Below the pieces are notes generated by a model that was given only the letters and a program-made list of their open reading frames with translations, searched no databases and was not told where the DNA came from. The translations under genes and the position numbers were made by a program. From an uncultured Alphaproteobacteria bacterium (GTDB lineage Bacteria > Pseudomonadota > Alphaproteobacteria > Rhizobiales > Xanthobacteraceae), in contig CAVPFZ010000016.1 of NCBI GenBank assembly GCA_963703875.1, positions 17,145 through 81,144 of the forward strand: a DNA stretch of 64,000 bases, given 5' to 3'. Shown one piece after another: positions 38,204 to 48,441 of this stretch. Numbering within the stretch: the stretch's first letter is position 1; every line of letters begins with the position of its first letter.

Positions 38204-38288
38204 CGGCCTGTGCATGATCGTAAAAAGTGACATTGGAATTTAGTAGAGATCATGCACAGACGAAAACGTTCGATGGATCAGACAGGCC

Positions 38289-39509
38289 GTGAACTCGCAT
38301 TTATTGCCGACCTATGCGCGTGTCGATCTCGCTTTCGAGCGGGGCGAGGGCGCTTGGCTGGTCACGGCTGAGGGTGAGCGCTACCTCGATTTCACGTCCG
38401 GCGTGGCTGTTAATGCTCTTGGACACGCCCATCCTCGGCTGGTGAGCGCGCTCCAGGATCAGGCGAGCAAGGTCTGGCACGTCTCGAATCTGTATCGCAT
38501 TCCAGAAGGCGAAAGGTTGGCGGATCGGTTGTGCCAGGCGACCTTCGCCGACTTCGTGTTTTTCCAGAACTCCGGCGCCGAGGCGATCGAATGTGCGATC
38601 AAGATGGCGCGTCATTATCAATTCTCCAGTGACAAGCCCGAACGTTTCCGCATCATCACGTTTGAAGGGGCATTCCACGGGCGGACGCTGGCCGCGATCG
38701 CGGCGACCGGAAATAAAAAATATCTCGAAGGCTACGGCCCGCCGGTCGAAGGCTTCGATCAGGTGCCGTTCGCCGACCTGGAAGCGACCAAGAAAGCCAT
38801 CGGCCCAGCGACTGCTGGCATCATGATCGAACCGATCATGGGCGAGGGTGGCGTGCGGGTCGTGCCGCACAACTTCCTGCGCGCCTTGCGCAAATTATGC
38901 GACGACCACGGTCTGCTGCTGATTTTCGACGAGATCCAGACCGGTATCGGCCGCACCGGCGACCTGTTCTGCTATCAGCACACCGGCGTTACGCCCGATA
39001 TCATGGCGGTGGCGAAGGCGCTCGGCGGCGGCATTCCGATCGGCGCTTGCCTCGCGACGGCGGAAGCCTCCAAGGGCATGACCGCCGGCACCCACGGCTC
39101 GACCTTCGGCGGTAATCCACTGGCGATGGCGTGCGGCAATGCCATGCTCGACGTGATCACGGCCGCCGGCTTTCTCGACCGGGTGCGCAAGAATTCGCTG
39201 GCGCTCAAACAACGGCTGGCTGAGCTCAAGGACCGCCACGCCTCGGTAATCGCCGAGGTGCGGGGCGAAGGCCTGCTGATCGGCCTGCGCATGGTGCCGC
39301 CGGCGTCCGAGATGGTGGACGAATTGCGCAAGGAGAAGATGATCACGGTATCTGCCGGCGACAACGTGGTGCGGTTGCTGCCGCCGCTGATCATTGGTGA
39401 AGAGGAGATCGCGGAGGCATTTACGCGCATCGATCGCGCTTGCGTGAAGCTCGAGCAGGCCCATCCGCGGCAGGCCGGTAACGTTGCCAAGCAGGAGGCC
39501 GCGACATGA
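38289..39509 (+). CDS. argD: Acetylornithine aminotransferase
   Basis: [35 protein letters not shown]. Confidence 0.95.
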   Translation: MNSHLLPTYARVDLAFERGEGAWLVTAEGERYLDFTSGVAVNALGHAHPRLVSALQDQASKVWHVSNLYRIPEGERLADRLCQATFADFVFFQNSGAEAIECAIKMARHYQFSSDKPERFRIITFEGAFHGRTLAAIAATGNKKYLEGYGPPVEGFDQVPFADLEATKKAIGPATAGIMIEPIMGEGGVRVVPHNFLRALRKLCDDHGLLLIFDEIQTGIGRTGDLFCYQHTGVTPDIMAVAKALGGGIPIGACLATAEASKGMTAGTHGSTFGGNPLAMACGNAMLDVITAAGFLDRVRKNSLALKQRLAELKDRHASVIAEVRGEGLLIGLRMVPPASEMVDELRKEKMITVSAGDNVVRLLPPLIIGEEEIAEAFTRIDRACVKLEQAHPRQAGNVAKQEAAT

Positions 39510-40435
39510 CCGGAAACGGCGTGCGGCACTTCCTCGATCTGATCGACATCCCGAAGCCGACTTTGGCCGGGATGATCGACGACAGCCGCGCCATGAAGGC
39601 CGCGCGCGCGCGCGGCGTGTTGACCGAACCGCTCGCCGGCAAGACGCTGGCGATGATTTTCGACAAGCCTTCGACGCGCACGCGCGTGTCGTTCGACGTC
39701 GCCATGCGCCAGCTTGGCGGCGAGGCGATCCTGCTCACCGCCCAGGAAATGCAGCTTGGCCGCGGCGAGACGCTGGCCGACACCGCGCGTGTGCTCTCGC
39801 GCTATGTCGACGCCATCATGATCCGAATCCTCGACCATGAGGCGGTGGCCGAAATCGCGCGCCACGCCACTGTACCGGTCATCAACGGCCTCACGCGGCG
39901 GTCGCACCCCTGCCAGGTCCTGGCCGACGTCATGACGTTCGAGGAAAAGTGCGGGCCGATCCGGGGCCGCACGGTGGCTTGGAGCGGCGATGCCAATAAT
40001 GTGCTGGCGTCCTGGATGCACGCCGCCGAACGTTTCGAGTTCCGGCTGCGGGTGGCGACGCCGGCCGAGCTCAAGCCCAAGAAATGGCTGATGGACTGGG
40101 TGAAATCCTCGGGCGCGGCGATCAAGTTCAGCGAGGATCCGGAAGCCGCGGTCAAGGATGCCGACTGCGTGGTGACCGACACCTGGGTGTCGATGGGCGA
40201 CCGCGACGGCAAGCACCGGCACAACGTGCTCAAGCGTTACCAGGTCAATGCCCGGCTGATGTCGAAAGCCAAGCCGGACGCGCTGTTTATGCACTGCCTG
40301 CCGGCCCATCGCGGCCAGGAAGTCACCGACGAGGTGATGGACGGCCCGCAATCGGTGGTGTTCGACGAGGCCGAGAACCGGCTGCATGCCCAAAAAGGGC
40401 TGCTGGCCTGGTGCCTGCACGCCGGCGGGCGGTAG
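39506..40435 (+). CDS. argF: Ornithine carbamoyltransferase
   Basis: [21 protein letters not shown]. Confidence 0.97.
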   Translation: MTGNGVRHFLDLIDIPKPTLAGMIDDSRAMKAARARGVLTEPLAGKTLAMIFDKPSTRTRVSFDVAMRQLGGEAILLTAQEMQLGRGETLADTARVLSRYVDAIMIRILDHEAVAEIARHATVPVINGLTRRSHPCQVLADVMTFEEKCGPIRGRTVAWSGDANNVLASWMHAAERFEFRLRVATPAELKPKKWLMDWVKSSGAAIKFSEDPEAAVKDADCVVTDTWVSMGDRDGKHRHNVLKRYQVNARLMSKAKPDALFMHCLPAHRGQEVTDEVMDGPQSVVFDEAENRLHAQKGLLAWCLHAGGR

Positions 40436-40466
40436 CAATCGGCGCCAAGCGCGCTACATAAGTGCG

Positions 40467-41474
40467 ATGAGCAATCCGGAAATCGCCATCCCCACCCGCG
40501 CGCCGTCGGCCACGTCCGCCGACGACACCGTCATGCCGTTTGAAGTGGCCTCGCTCGATCTGCGCGGGCGTGTGGTCCGGCTCGGGCCGGTCGTGGATCA
40601 AATACTTTCGCAACACGCTTATCCGGTGCCGGTGGCCAAGCTTCTCGGCGAGGCGGTGGTGCTCACCGTCATGCTCGGCTCGGCCTTGAAGATCGACGGC
40701 CGGTTCATTTTGCAGACCCAGACCGATGGTCCGGTGCGCATGTTGGTGGTGGACTTCACCGCGCCCGGCAAGGTACGGGCCTGCGCGCGTTTCGACAACG
40801 ATCGGGTCGCCGCGGCGATCGAGGCCGGCAAGGCTGGCGCCGGCGCGTTGCTTGGCAAAGGTCATCTTGCCATGACCATCGATCAGGGGCCCGACACCAG
40901 CCGCTATCAGGGCCTGGTTGCGCTGGAAGGCGGGTCGCTGGAAGACGCGGCGCACGAATATTTTCATCGCTCAGAGCAGATCCCGACGCGGGTGCGGCTG
41001 GCGGTGGCCGAGGAATTGCGCGCTGGCGCCGGTGGCGCCGACCACCGCTGGCGTGCCGGCGGTATTCTTTTGCAGTTTTTGCCGAAGTCGCCTGAACGCG
41101 CGCGAGTTGCCGATCTTCCTCCCGGCGACGCGCCGGAAGGCACAGTGCCGCACACGGTTGCAGAAGACGATGCCTGGGTCGAAGGCCGCGCGTTGGTCTC
41201 AACCGTCGAGGACGTCGAATTGATTGATCCGTCGCTCTCCAGCGAGCGACTGGTATATCGGTTATTTCATGAGCCGGGCGTGCGCGTCTTCCGCGACAGC
41301 GAGGTGCGCGCGGAATGTTCATGCTCGCGCGACAGCGTCGAGGCTATGCTGAAAAGTTTTTCACAGGACGACCGCGACCACATGGTCGAGAACGGCAAGA
41401 TTTCCGTCACCTGCGAATTCTGCAGCGCCAATTACGTGTTCGCGCCGGGTGAGGTCGAGGCCAAAGCGGGCTGA
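40467..41474 (+). CDS. hslO: Hsp33 molecular chaperone
   Basis: CSC...CEFC redox switch; SEQIP. Confidence 0.95.
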   Translation: MSNPEIAIPTRAPSATSADDTVMPFEVASLDLRGRVVRLGPVVDQILSQHAYPVPVAKLLGEAVVLTVMLGSALKIDGRFILQTQTDGPVRMLVVDFTAPGKVRACARFDNDRVAAAIEAGKAGAGALLGKGHLAMTIDQGPDTSRYQGLVALEGGSLEDAAHEYFHRSEQIPTRVRLAVAEELRAGAGGADHRWRAGGILLQFLPKSPERARVADLPPGDAPEGTVPHTVAEDDAWVEGRALVSTVEDVELIDPSLSSERLVYRLFHEPGVRVFRDSEVRAECSCSRDSVEAMLKSFSQDDRDHMVENGKISVTCEFCSANYVFAPGEVEAKAG

Positions 41475-41479
41475 AGCGG

Positions 41480-41872
41480 TCAATTGATGGTGCGCTCGGC
41501 GTAGGATGAATCAAGCGAGAACGCGGGAATTTCGATGTCGAAATGCTCACCCGCCGCGCTCACCATGCCATAGCTGCCGGTCATGAAGCCGGACGGCGTC
41601 GGTAACGGCACGCCGCTGGTATATTCGAACAACTCGCCGGCCTTGAGGGTCGGTTCCTCGCCGACCACGCCGGGGCCTTTGACCTCCTGCAACCGCCCGA
41701 AAGCGTCGGTGATGCGCCAATGGCGCGTCTTGAGCTGCACCGTCTCGGTTCCCAGATTGGCGATGTCGATGGTATAGGCCCAGAAATAGTAGCCTTTGTC
41801 CGGCGCCGACCGCTCCGAGACGAAGCGCGGCGTCACAGTGACCTCGATCTTGCGGGTTACGGCGCGATACAT
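41480..41872 (-). CDS. apaG: ApaG protein
   Basis: RHWRITD, GPGVVGEEP, YTSG, IPAFSLD. Confidence 0.96.
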   Translation of the reverse strand: MYRAVTRKIEVTVTPRFVSERSAPDKGYYFWAYTIDIANLGTETVQLKTRHWRITDAFGRLQEVKGPGVVGEEPTLKAGELFEYTSGVPLPTPSGFMTGSYGMVSAAGEHFDIEIPAFSLDSSYAERTIN

Positions 41873-41959
41873 CTATCTATATGCCTTAAATACGCCGTGT
41901 GAGCCTGTGTTTTTGCCTTAAGATTATGGCCGAAAGACCGCACGAAAGAAAAGCCGTTG

Positions 41960-43120
41960 ATGGCCGAGGTCAAAACCGAACGCGATCTGCGGCTTGACCT
42001 GTTCCGCGGCATTGCCCTCTGGCTGATCTTTCTCGACCACATTCCATCCAATGCGGTCAGCTGGATCACGATCCGCAATTACGGCTTTTCCGACGCCACC
42101 GAAATTTTCGTTTTCATCTCCGGCTACACCGCGGCCTTCGTATATGGCCGCGCTATGTTGACGCACGGTTTCACGGTGGCCAGCGCCCGCGTGCTCAAGC
42201 GCGCCTGGCAAATCTATATCGCGCATGTCTTCTTGTTCGTGATCTATCTCGCCGAGATCTCCTACGTCGCATCGAGCTTCAACAATCCGCTCTTCAGCGA
42301 AGAAATGGGTGTGCTCGATTTCCTCAAGAATCCCGACGTCACCATTTTTGAGGCGCTTATCCTGAAGTTCAAGCCCGTGAACATGGATGTGTTGCCGCTC
42401 TACATCATCTTGCTGTTGTGGTTTCCGCCGATGTTGTGGCTGCTGTTACGCACGCCTTCGCTCGCGCTTGCGGCTTCGGCGGTATTTTATTCGCTGACAT
42501 GGTGGTTCGGTTGGAGCATCCCGGCCTATCCGAATGGAACCTGGGTGTTCAATCCATTTGCCTGGCAATTATTGTTCGTGTTCGGCGCCTGGTGCGCGCT
42601 CGGCGGCGCGCAACGGCTTTCGCGCTGGGTCAATTCGCCGGTGGTAATCGGACTGGCCATCGCCTATATCGTTTTTGCATTCGGCATCGCCATGACCTGG
42701 TATTTTCCGCGCTTCGGCGCCCTCGTGCCGAAATTCGTCGGCGAGGCGATCTATCCGATCGATAAAACCAATCTCGACGTGCTGCGCATTGTGCATTTTT
42801 TATCATTGGCGGTGATCACGGTGTGGTTCGTGCCGCGGAATTGGCAGGGATTGAAATCGCCGCTGCTATGGCCGGCGATCGTTTGCGGTCAGCATTCGCT
42901 CGAAACCTTCTGCTTGGGCGTGTTTCTGGCGTTCGCCGCTCACTTTCTCTTCACGGAGGTATCGAACAGCCTGTTGTCGCAAGTCATCATCAGCCTGACG
43001 GGCATCGTCATCATGGTGGCCGTGGCGGCCTTGATTTCGTGGTATAGAGGCATGGAGCGACAAGGACCGGGACCGCGTCCACCCACGATGAAGCCGGGTT
43101 ACGCGGGGGGCGACGCATGA
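41960..43120 (+). CDS. opgC: OpgC-domain membrane protein (glucan acylation)
   Basis: RDLRLDLFRG, GFSDATEIFVFISG, DVLPLY, NPFAWQ, GQHSL. Confidence 0.88.
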   Translation: MAEVKTERDLRLDLFRGIALWLIFLDHIPSNAVSWITIRNYGFSDATEIFVFISGYTAAFVYGRAMLTHGFTVASARVLKRAWQIYIAHVFLFVIYLAEISYVASSFNNPLFSEEMGVLDFLKNPDVTIFEALILKFKPVNMDVLPLYIILLLWFPPMLWLLLRTPSLALAASAVFYSLTWWFGWSIPAYPNGTWVFNPFAWQLLFVFGAWCALGGAQRLSRWVNSPVVIGLAIAYIVFAFGIAMTWYFPRFGALVPKFVGEAIYPIDKTNLDVLRIVHFLSLAVITVWFVPRNWQGLKSPLLWPAIVCGQHSLETFCLGVFLAFAAHFLFTEVSNSLLSQVIISLTGIVIMVAVAALISWYRGMERQGPGPRPPTMKPGYAGGDA

Positions 43121-43869
43121 CGGCGCGCGTTCTATTTTCGCTGGCATTGCTGGTGCTGGCCGGTCGGGTTTGCGCCGAACAGCCGGCCGAGTGCCGCGTG
43201 GCCGACCCACTCGTCCAGCGCGACTTTGCGCTGTCGCAGGTCAACCGCGCCATCGCTGCCAAGCGGCTCGATATTCTGGTGCTCGGCGCCGGTTCCTCGG
43301 CTCTGCCGGGGCCGAACGGCATCAAGACCGCCTATCCGGCACGGTTGGAACAGGCGCTCAGCGGGCAACTGCCGGGCGTCACCGTGAAAGTCACGACCGA
43401 TGTGAAGGCGAAACGTCCTGCCGGTGAAATGGTGAAAGCGCTGGTTCCGGCATTGGCAGCAACCAAGCCCGCCCTGCTGGTCTGGCAAACCGGAACCGTG
43501 GACGCCATGCAGTCGATCGACGCCGACCAGTTCAGAGCGGCGCTCGATCAGGGGATCAATATTGCCCGTTCCGCGGGCGCCGATGTGATCTTGGTCAACG
43601 CCCAATACAGCCCGCGCACGGATTCGATGATTGCTCTTGGTACATATGCGGAAAACATGCGTTGGGTTGCACTGCAACATGAAGTGCCGGTGTTCGATCG
43701 ATTCAGCGTCATGAAGCTTTGGTCCGATTTGGGGACCTTCAATCTTTACGATCCCGCCAAAAAGCTTGACACAGCCGAGCGAGTTCATGATTGCATAGGC
43801 CGATTGCTGGCCGATCTTGTGGTCGAGTCGGCCAAACCAGACGAGCCGCATGCCGAGGGCGGCCGTTGA
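43117..43869 (+). CDS. SGNH/GDSL hydrolase family protein
   Basis: LVLGAGSS, WQTGTVD; overlaps opgC stop. Confidence 0.8.
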   Translation: MTARVLFSLALLVLAGRVCAEQPAECRVADPLVQRDFALSQVNRAIAAKRLDILVLGAGSSALPGPNGIKTAYPARLEQALSGQLPGVTVKVTTDVKAKRPAGEMVKALVPALAATKPALLVWQTGTVDAMQSIDADQFRAALDQGINIARSAGADVILVNAQYSPRTDSMIALGTYAENMRWVALQHEVPVFDRFSVMKLWSDLGTFNLYDPAKKLDTAERVHDCIGRLLADLVVESAKPDEPHAEGGR

Positions 43870-43919
43870 CGGGGTTGGGGGAAACGTTTTTGCCGGGAAC
43901 TGATCTAGCCTGCCGGGCA

Positions 43920-44699
43920 GTGAAGCTCGCAGCAGCCGCTGCGCTGCTCGTCGTTATGGGCACGCCGCTGTCGGCGCGCGCCGAGGCGCCTGCGTTGACG
44001 TGCGATATGCCGCTCGACCTGGTCCGGCTCGCCTATCCGCTGTCGCATCTTGGTCAGAAATTGGCGGCCGGCGATCCGGTCACGATTGTTGCTATCGGTT
44101 CGTCGTCGACCGCCGGCGCCGGCGCCAGCTCGCCGGCGCATAGCTATCCGAGCCAGCTCGGGGTCGAACTCAAACAGCATTTCCCGGCTGCTTCGATCAC
44201 CGTGCTCAATCGCGGCGTGAACGGCGAGGAAGCTGCCGATATGCTCAAGCGCTTCGACCAGGCGGTGCTTGCCGCCAAGCCCGATCTGGTGTTGTGGCAA
44301 CTGGGCACCAATTCGGTCATTCGGAATCATCAGATTATCGGCCATGACACCGCGATCCGCGACGGACTAAAGAAGGTTCGCGCTGTCGGCGCCGACCTCG
44401 TGCTGATCGATCCGCAATTCGCGCCGAAAGTGATTGTGAAGCCGGAAGCCGAACAAATGGTCAACTTGATCGCCGCCACCGCCAAAGCGGAGGACGTCGA
44501 TCTGTTCCACCGCTTCGCGGTGATGAAGCGGTGGTACAATGAAGACCACATAAAGTTCGAATCGTTCGTGTCGCCCGACGGACTGCACATGAACGATTGG
44601 AGCTACGGCTGCTTCGCCCACGGGCTTGCGCTCGCCCTCGCCGAGGCCGCCGAGCGGCCGACAATGTCGGCGACCGCTTTCTCGCACTTGGTGCCCTGA
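43920..44699 (+). CDS. SGNH/GDSL hydrolase family protein
   Basis: AIGSSST, NRGVNG, LGTN, DGLH; start uncertain. Confidence 0.85.
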   Translation: MKLAAAAALLVVMGTPLSARAEAPALTCDMPLDLVRLAYPLSHLGQKLAAGDPVTIVAIGSSSTAGAGASSPAHSYPSQLGVELKQHFPAASITVLNRGVNGEEAADMLKRFDQAVLAAKPDLVLWQLGTNSVIRNHQIIGHDTAIRDGLKKVRAVGADLVLIDPQFAPKVIVKPEAEQMVNLIAATAKAEDVDLFHRFAVMKRWYNEDHIKFESFVSPDGLHMNDWSYGCFAHGLALALAEAAERPTMSATAFSHLVP

Positions 44700-44715
44700 G
44701 CCGCGGGCGCGTTTG

Positions 44716-45903
44716 CTAAACCGCATCCAGCGCCGTCAGCAGATCCTCGGCCAGGTCGTCTTGGTGTTCGAGCCCGGCTGAGAATCGCACCAATCCATCG
44801 CCAATGCCGAGTTCGGCGCGCTGCTCGGGCGTCAGCCGCTGATGCGTTGTCGTCGTCGGGTGCGTGACCAGGCTCTTGGCGTCGCCGAGATTGTTGGTGA
44901 TGCCGATCAGCCGCAGCGCGTTGAGAAAACGGAAGGCGCCTTGCTTGCCGCCCTTGACCTCAAACGAGCACAGCGTCGAGCCAGCCTTCATCTGTTTCTT
45001 GACGATATCGGCCTGCGGATGGTCGGCCCGGCCGGGATAGATCAGCCGGCTGAGTTTCTTGTGGCCGTCGAGCGCGGCCGATACCGCGGCCGCGTTTTCG
45101 GTTTGCCGCTGCACGCGCACGGATAAAGTCTCGAGCCCTTTCAGCATCACCCAGGCATTGAACGGCGACAGCGACGGCCCGGTCTGGCGGATGATGTGGT
45201 GCACGTGGTCCATGATGAATTTTTCCGAACCCAAGATGACGCCGCCCAGCACGCGGCCTTGGCCGTCTATGTGCTTGGTCGCCGAATAGACCACGCAGTC
45301 GGCGCCGAGCGCGAGCGGGCTTTGGTAGAGCGGCGTGGCGAACACGTTGTCCACCACCAGCTGGGCGCCGGCATTGTGCGCGATCTCGGCGACCGCCGCG
45401 ATGTCGTAGACCTCCAGCGTCGGGTTGGTTGGCGTTTCCATGAAGAACGCCTTGGTTTCCTTGCGCACGGCTTTTTGCCATGCGCCGAGGTCCTTGCCGT
45501 CGACCAGCGTCGAGGTCACGCCGAAGCGTCCCAGCCACTCCTCGATCACCCATCGGCAGGAGCCGAACAGCGCCTTGGCGGCGACCACATGATCGCCGGC
45601 GCGCACAAGGCCCATCAGCGCGGTGGTGACCGCGGCCATGCCGGTCGCTGTCGAACGCGCGGCCTCGGCGCCTTCGAGCGCGGCCATGCGCTGCTCGAAC
45701 ATGGTCAAGGTCGGATTGGAATAGCGCGAATAGACGTAGCCGGGTGTTTTGCCGGAGAAGCGTGCTTCGCATTCCTCGGCGCTCGGATAGACATAGCCCT
45801 GGGTAAGAAACAGCGCTTCCGAGGTTTCGCCGAACTGCGAGCGCAGCGTGCCGGCATGCACCAGACGGGTTTCGGGGCGGTAGGTCTTCTTGGTCGCGGG
45901 CAT
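44716..45903 (-). CDS. metZ: O-succinylhomoserine sulfhydrylase
   Basis: YSRYSNPT, VDNVFA, YSATKHIDGQG, NNLGD, RFSAGLE. Confidence 0.95.
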   Translation of the reverse strand: MPATKKTYRPETRLVHAGTLRSQFGETSEALFLTQGYVYPSAEECEARFSGKTPGYVYSRYSNPTLTMFEQRMAALEGAEAARSTATGMAAVTTALMGLVRAGDHVVAAKALFGSCRWVIEEWLGRFGVTSTLVDGKDLGAWQKAVRKETKAFFMETPTNPTLEVYDIAAVAEIAHNAGAQLVVDNVFATPLYQSPLALGADCVVYSATKHIDGQGRVLGGVILGSEKFIMDHVHHIIRQTGPSLSPFNAWVMLKGLETLSVRVQRQTENAAAVSAALDGHKKLSRLIYPGRADHPQADIVKKQMKAGSTLCSFEVKGGKQGAFRFLNALRLIGITNNLGDAKSLVTHPTTTTHQRLTPEQRAELGIGDGLVRFSAGLEHQDDLAEDLLTALDAV

Positions 45904-45916
45904 GTGTGCCTCCAAT

Positions 45917-45949
45917 AAAAAACCGGCCAGAGATAAAAATCTCGGCCGG
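45917..45949 (-). terminator. Riboswitch-controlled intrinsic terminator in metZ leader
   Basis: CCGGCC...GGCCGG stem followed by T6 on minus strand just before the RBS. Confidence 0.75.
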
Positions 45950-45967
45950 GCACACGCGTCCCCGGCC

Positions 45968-46024
45968 TTTTAGCGATTTATTTTACGTGGCTGCAAGCCG
46001 GCCGGCTCAAATGACCACGGGATA
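45968..46024 (-). ncRNA. SAM-II (SAM_alpha) riboswitch
   Basis: Minus strand CCGTGGTCATTTG...TTGCAGCCACGTAAAATAAATCGCTAAA upstream of a met gene. Confidence 0.9.
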
Positions 46025-46104
46025 AGGTGTTTGTAGCGGGACGGCCCGCTTCACGTCAAGCCACCCATCGGGTTAGATCGGCGTCTCTGAGCAAAAGGGA
46101 CGTC

Positions 46105-47208
46105 GTGGCACTCTCATTCGCCATCGAAGACAAGGGTATCCTGCCGGACCGCATGATCGCGGCGTTGGCCGCCAGCGGCGCTATTCTGCCCGCCACCGAC
46201 TTTGTGCCCGACCAGATCCAACCGGCCAGCCTCGATCTGCGGCTCGGCGAGGTGGCCTATCGCGTGCGCGCCAGCTTCCTGCCCGGTTCGACCACGGTCG
46301 CCCAGCGCATCGATGAATTGAAACTGCACGAATTCGCGCTCACCGACGGCGCCGTGCTGGAGACCGGCTGCGTCTACATTGTGCCGCTCTTGGAAAGCCT
46401 GGCGCTACCCGACGATATCTCGGCCGCCGCCAACCCGAAAAGCTCGACCGGCCGGCTCGACGTGTTCACGCGTGTGATCGCCGATGAACTGCGCGGCTTC
46501 GACCGCGTCGAGCCAGGCTATCATGGGCCGCTTTATGCCGAGATCAGCCCGCGCACCTTTCCGGTGCTGGTGCGCGAGGGCTCGCGTCTGTCGCAAATCC
46601 GTTTTCGCCGCGGCCAGGCGTTGCTCGACGGCGACGCCTTGCGCGCGTTGCATCGCAAAGAGCGGCTGGTGGACACCGACGACGTCGACGTCAGCGAAGG
46701 GGTCGCGGTTGGTGTCGATCTCTCGGGCCTGGGGCCAGGCGGCCTGGTCGGTTACCGCGCCAAGCGCCACACCGGGTTGATCGATGTGGAACGGCGTGGC
46801 GGTTATTCGGTGCTCGATTTCTGGGAACCGATGCAGGCGCGGCCCGACAAGAGTCTGATTCTCGATCCCAACGAATTCTACATCCTGGCGTCGAAGGAAG
46901 CCGTTCAGGTGCCGCCCGATTACGCCGCCGAGATGGTGGCCTTCGATCCGCTGGTTGGGGAATTCCGCGTGCACTATGCGGGATTTTTCGATCCCGGCTT
47001 CGGCTACGCCGGCGCCGGCGGCAAGGGCGCGCGCGCGGTACTCGAAGTGCGCTCGCGCGAGGTGCCTTTCATTCTCGAGCACGGGCAGATCGTCGGCCGG
47101 CTGATCTACGAGAAGATGATGGCCAAGCCCGACAAGCTTTACGGCCAGGGTATCGGCTCAAATTACCAGGCGCAGAGCCTGAAGCTCTCCAAGCATTTCA
47201 AAAGCTGA
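46105..47208 (+). CDS. dcd: dCTP deaminase (alphaproteobacterial long form)
   Basis: QPASLDLRL, NPKSSTGRLDVF, HYAGFFDPGFG, SNYQAQSLKLSKHF. Confidence 0.93.
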   Translation: MALSFAIEDKGILPDRMIAALAASGAILPATDFVPDQIQPASLDLRLGEVAYRVRASFLPGSTTVAQRIDELKLHEFALTDGAVLETGCVYIVPLLESLALPDDISAAANPKSSTGRLDVFTRVIADELRGFDRVEPGYHGPLYAEISPRTFPVLVREGSRLSQIRFRRGQALLDGDALRALHRKERLVDTDDVDVSEGVAVGVDLSGLGPGGLVGYRAKRHTGLIDVERRGGYSVLDFWEPMQARPDKSLILDPNEFYILASKEAVQVPPDYAAEMVAFDPLVGEFRVHYAGFFDPGFGYAGAGGKGARAVLEVRSREVPFILEHGQIVGRLIYEKMMAKPDKLYGQGIGSNYQAQSLKLSKHFKS

Positions 47209-47211
47209 GCG

Positions 47212-48129
47212 CTACTCGGCCGCAGCCTGATAAGTCACGTCGGTCAAGACCTGCGGCGCTCGAACGATCTTGTTACGGCCGGAGCGTTTGGCTTCATACA
47301 GCGCTTCGTCGGCGCGCTTGAGCAGGACCTCGAAGCTCGACATGCTGAGTGCTGCGTCGGCGATTCCGACGCTGATGGTGACCTGCAGAGTCGTTCCGTC
47401 CGGCAAGGTCAGTGGGTGATCCTGGACGGATTTGCGCAGCCGCTCGGCTGCGGTTTCGGCGGATGTTTCATCGGTTTCCGGCAACAGCAACACGAATTCT
47501 TCGCCGCCGAGGCGGGCCAAGACGTCAGGCTGGCGTTTTGTCGACTGGCAGATGTGCGCCACCGCTTTGATGACCAGGTCGCCGACGTCATGGCCGAAGC
47601 GGTCATTGACCGATTTGAATTTGTCGATGTCAAGCAACATGAGCGACAGCGGCCGACCATAGCGTTGAAACCGCGCCCATTCGGCGCACGCCAGCAACTC
47701 GAAATGCCGCCGGTTGAGCAGCGCCGTCAGCCCGTCAGTGGTGGCGAGGATTTCGAGGTCGGCGGTGAGTTGGTCCGAACGTCCGCGCTCGCTGACGGCC
47801 TGCGGCAACCAGCGCATCAGCAAGAGGCCGAGGACGAGGCAGCCGGAAACGATGTTGAACAGCTTGGGCTGGATCAGCAAATACGGATTGCCCAAGGTCG
47901 CGGCGATTTTCGGAGAAAACAATCCGTATTGACCGCCGAAGAACAGTCCAAAATAAACATTCTCGACCAGATTGCGGAAGGTGTCGATCGCCACCACGAA
48001 CAACAGCAGTCGTGTGGTGCCGAAAATGCGCGGGTTGCGGATGTAATGAATGGCAACAATCGTCAACACCGTTAGCCAAATGGCCACTGCGACCCAATAG
48101 ATGAGCGCCGTGACGAGTTGCATGTGCAT
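47212..48129 (-). CDS. Membrane-anchored diguanylate cyclase
   Basis: Three N-terminal TM segments; DIDKFK.VND.FGH..GD, RLGGEEF. Confidence 0.92.
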   Translation of the reverse strand: MHMQLVTALIYWVAVAIWLTVLTIVAIHYIRNPRIFGTTRLLLFVVAIDTFRNLVENVYFGLFFGGQYGLFSPKIAATLGNPYLLIQPKLFNIVSGCLVLGLLLMRWLPQAVSERGRSDQLTADLEILATTDGLTALLNRRHFELLACAEWARFQRYGRPLSLMLLDIDKFKSVNDRFGHDVGDLVIKAVAHICQSTKRQPDVLARLGGEEFVLLLPETDETSAETAAERLRKSVQDHPLTLPDGTTLQVTISVGIADAALSMSSFEVLLKRADEALYEAKRSGRNKIVRAPQVLTDVTYQAAAE

Positions 48130-48279
48130 GGCTGTGACCCCGGAATTATGGTCGTCGCGCCGCTGTACCAACGCGCGGCGGCGCGTAGGGGTCGTTCGGA
48201 TTGCACCGTCCTGTGCGGTATAGTTTATGAGGCGTGAATGCTTGCCGGTTCCCGCGTTCCTTGGCTATGGTGGGCGAGC

Positions 48280-48353
48280 GCGGGCGTAGTTCAATGGTAG
48301 AACGGCAGCTTCCCAAGCTGCATACGAGGGTTCGATTCCCTTCGCCCGCTCCA
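48280..48353 (+). tRNA. tRNA-Gly (anticodon CCC)
   Basis: 74-nt cloverleaf, GCAGC-TTCCCAA-GCTGC anticodon arm, GGTTCGATTCC, 3' CCA. Confidence 0.96.
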
Positions 48354-48377
48354 GCCCTTAGCGGTGTTGCGCCCAAA

Positions 48378-48399
48378 GTTTTTACAGGCGTTTTTACAG
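48378..48399. repeat. Direct repeat GTTTTTACAG x2, candidate integrase arm-type sites
   Basis: Perfect 10-mers at 48378 and 48390, 25 nt after tRNA-Gly. Confidence 0.5.
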
Positions 48400-48441
48400 C
48401 CTTCTGTTCGCGCTCTGGTCCTTCTAACTGTAGCTTTCAGT

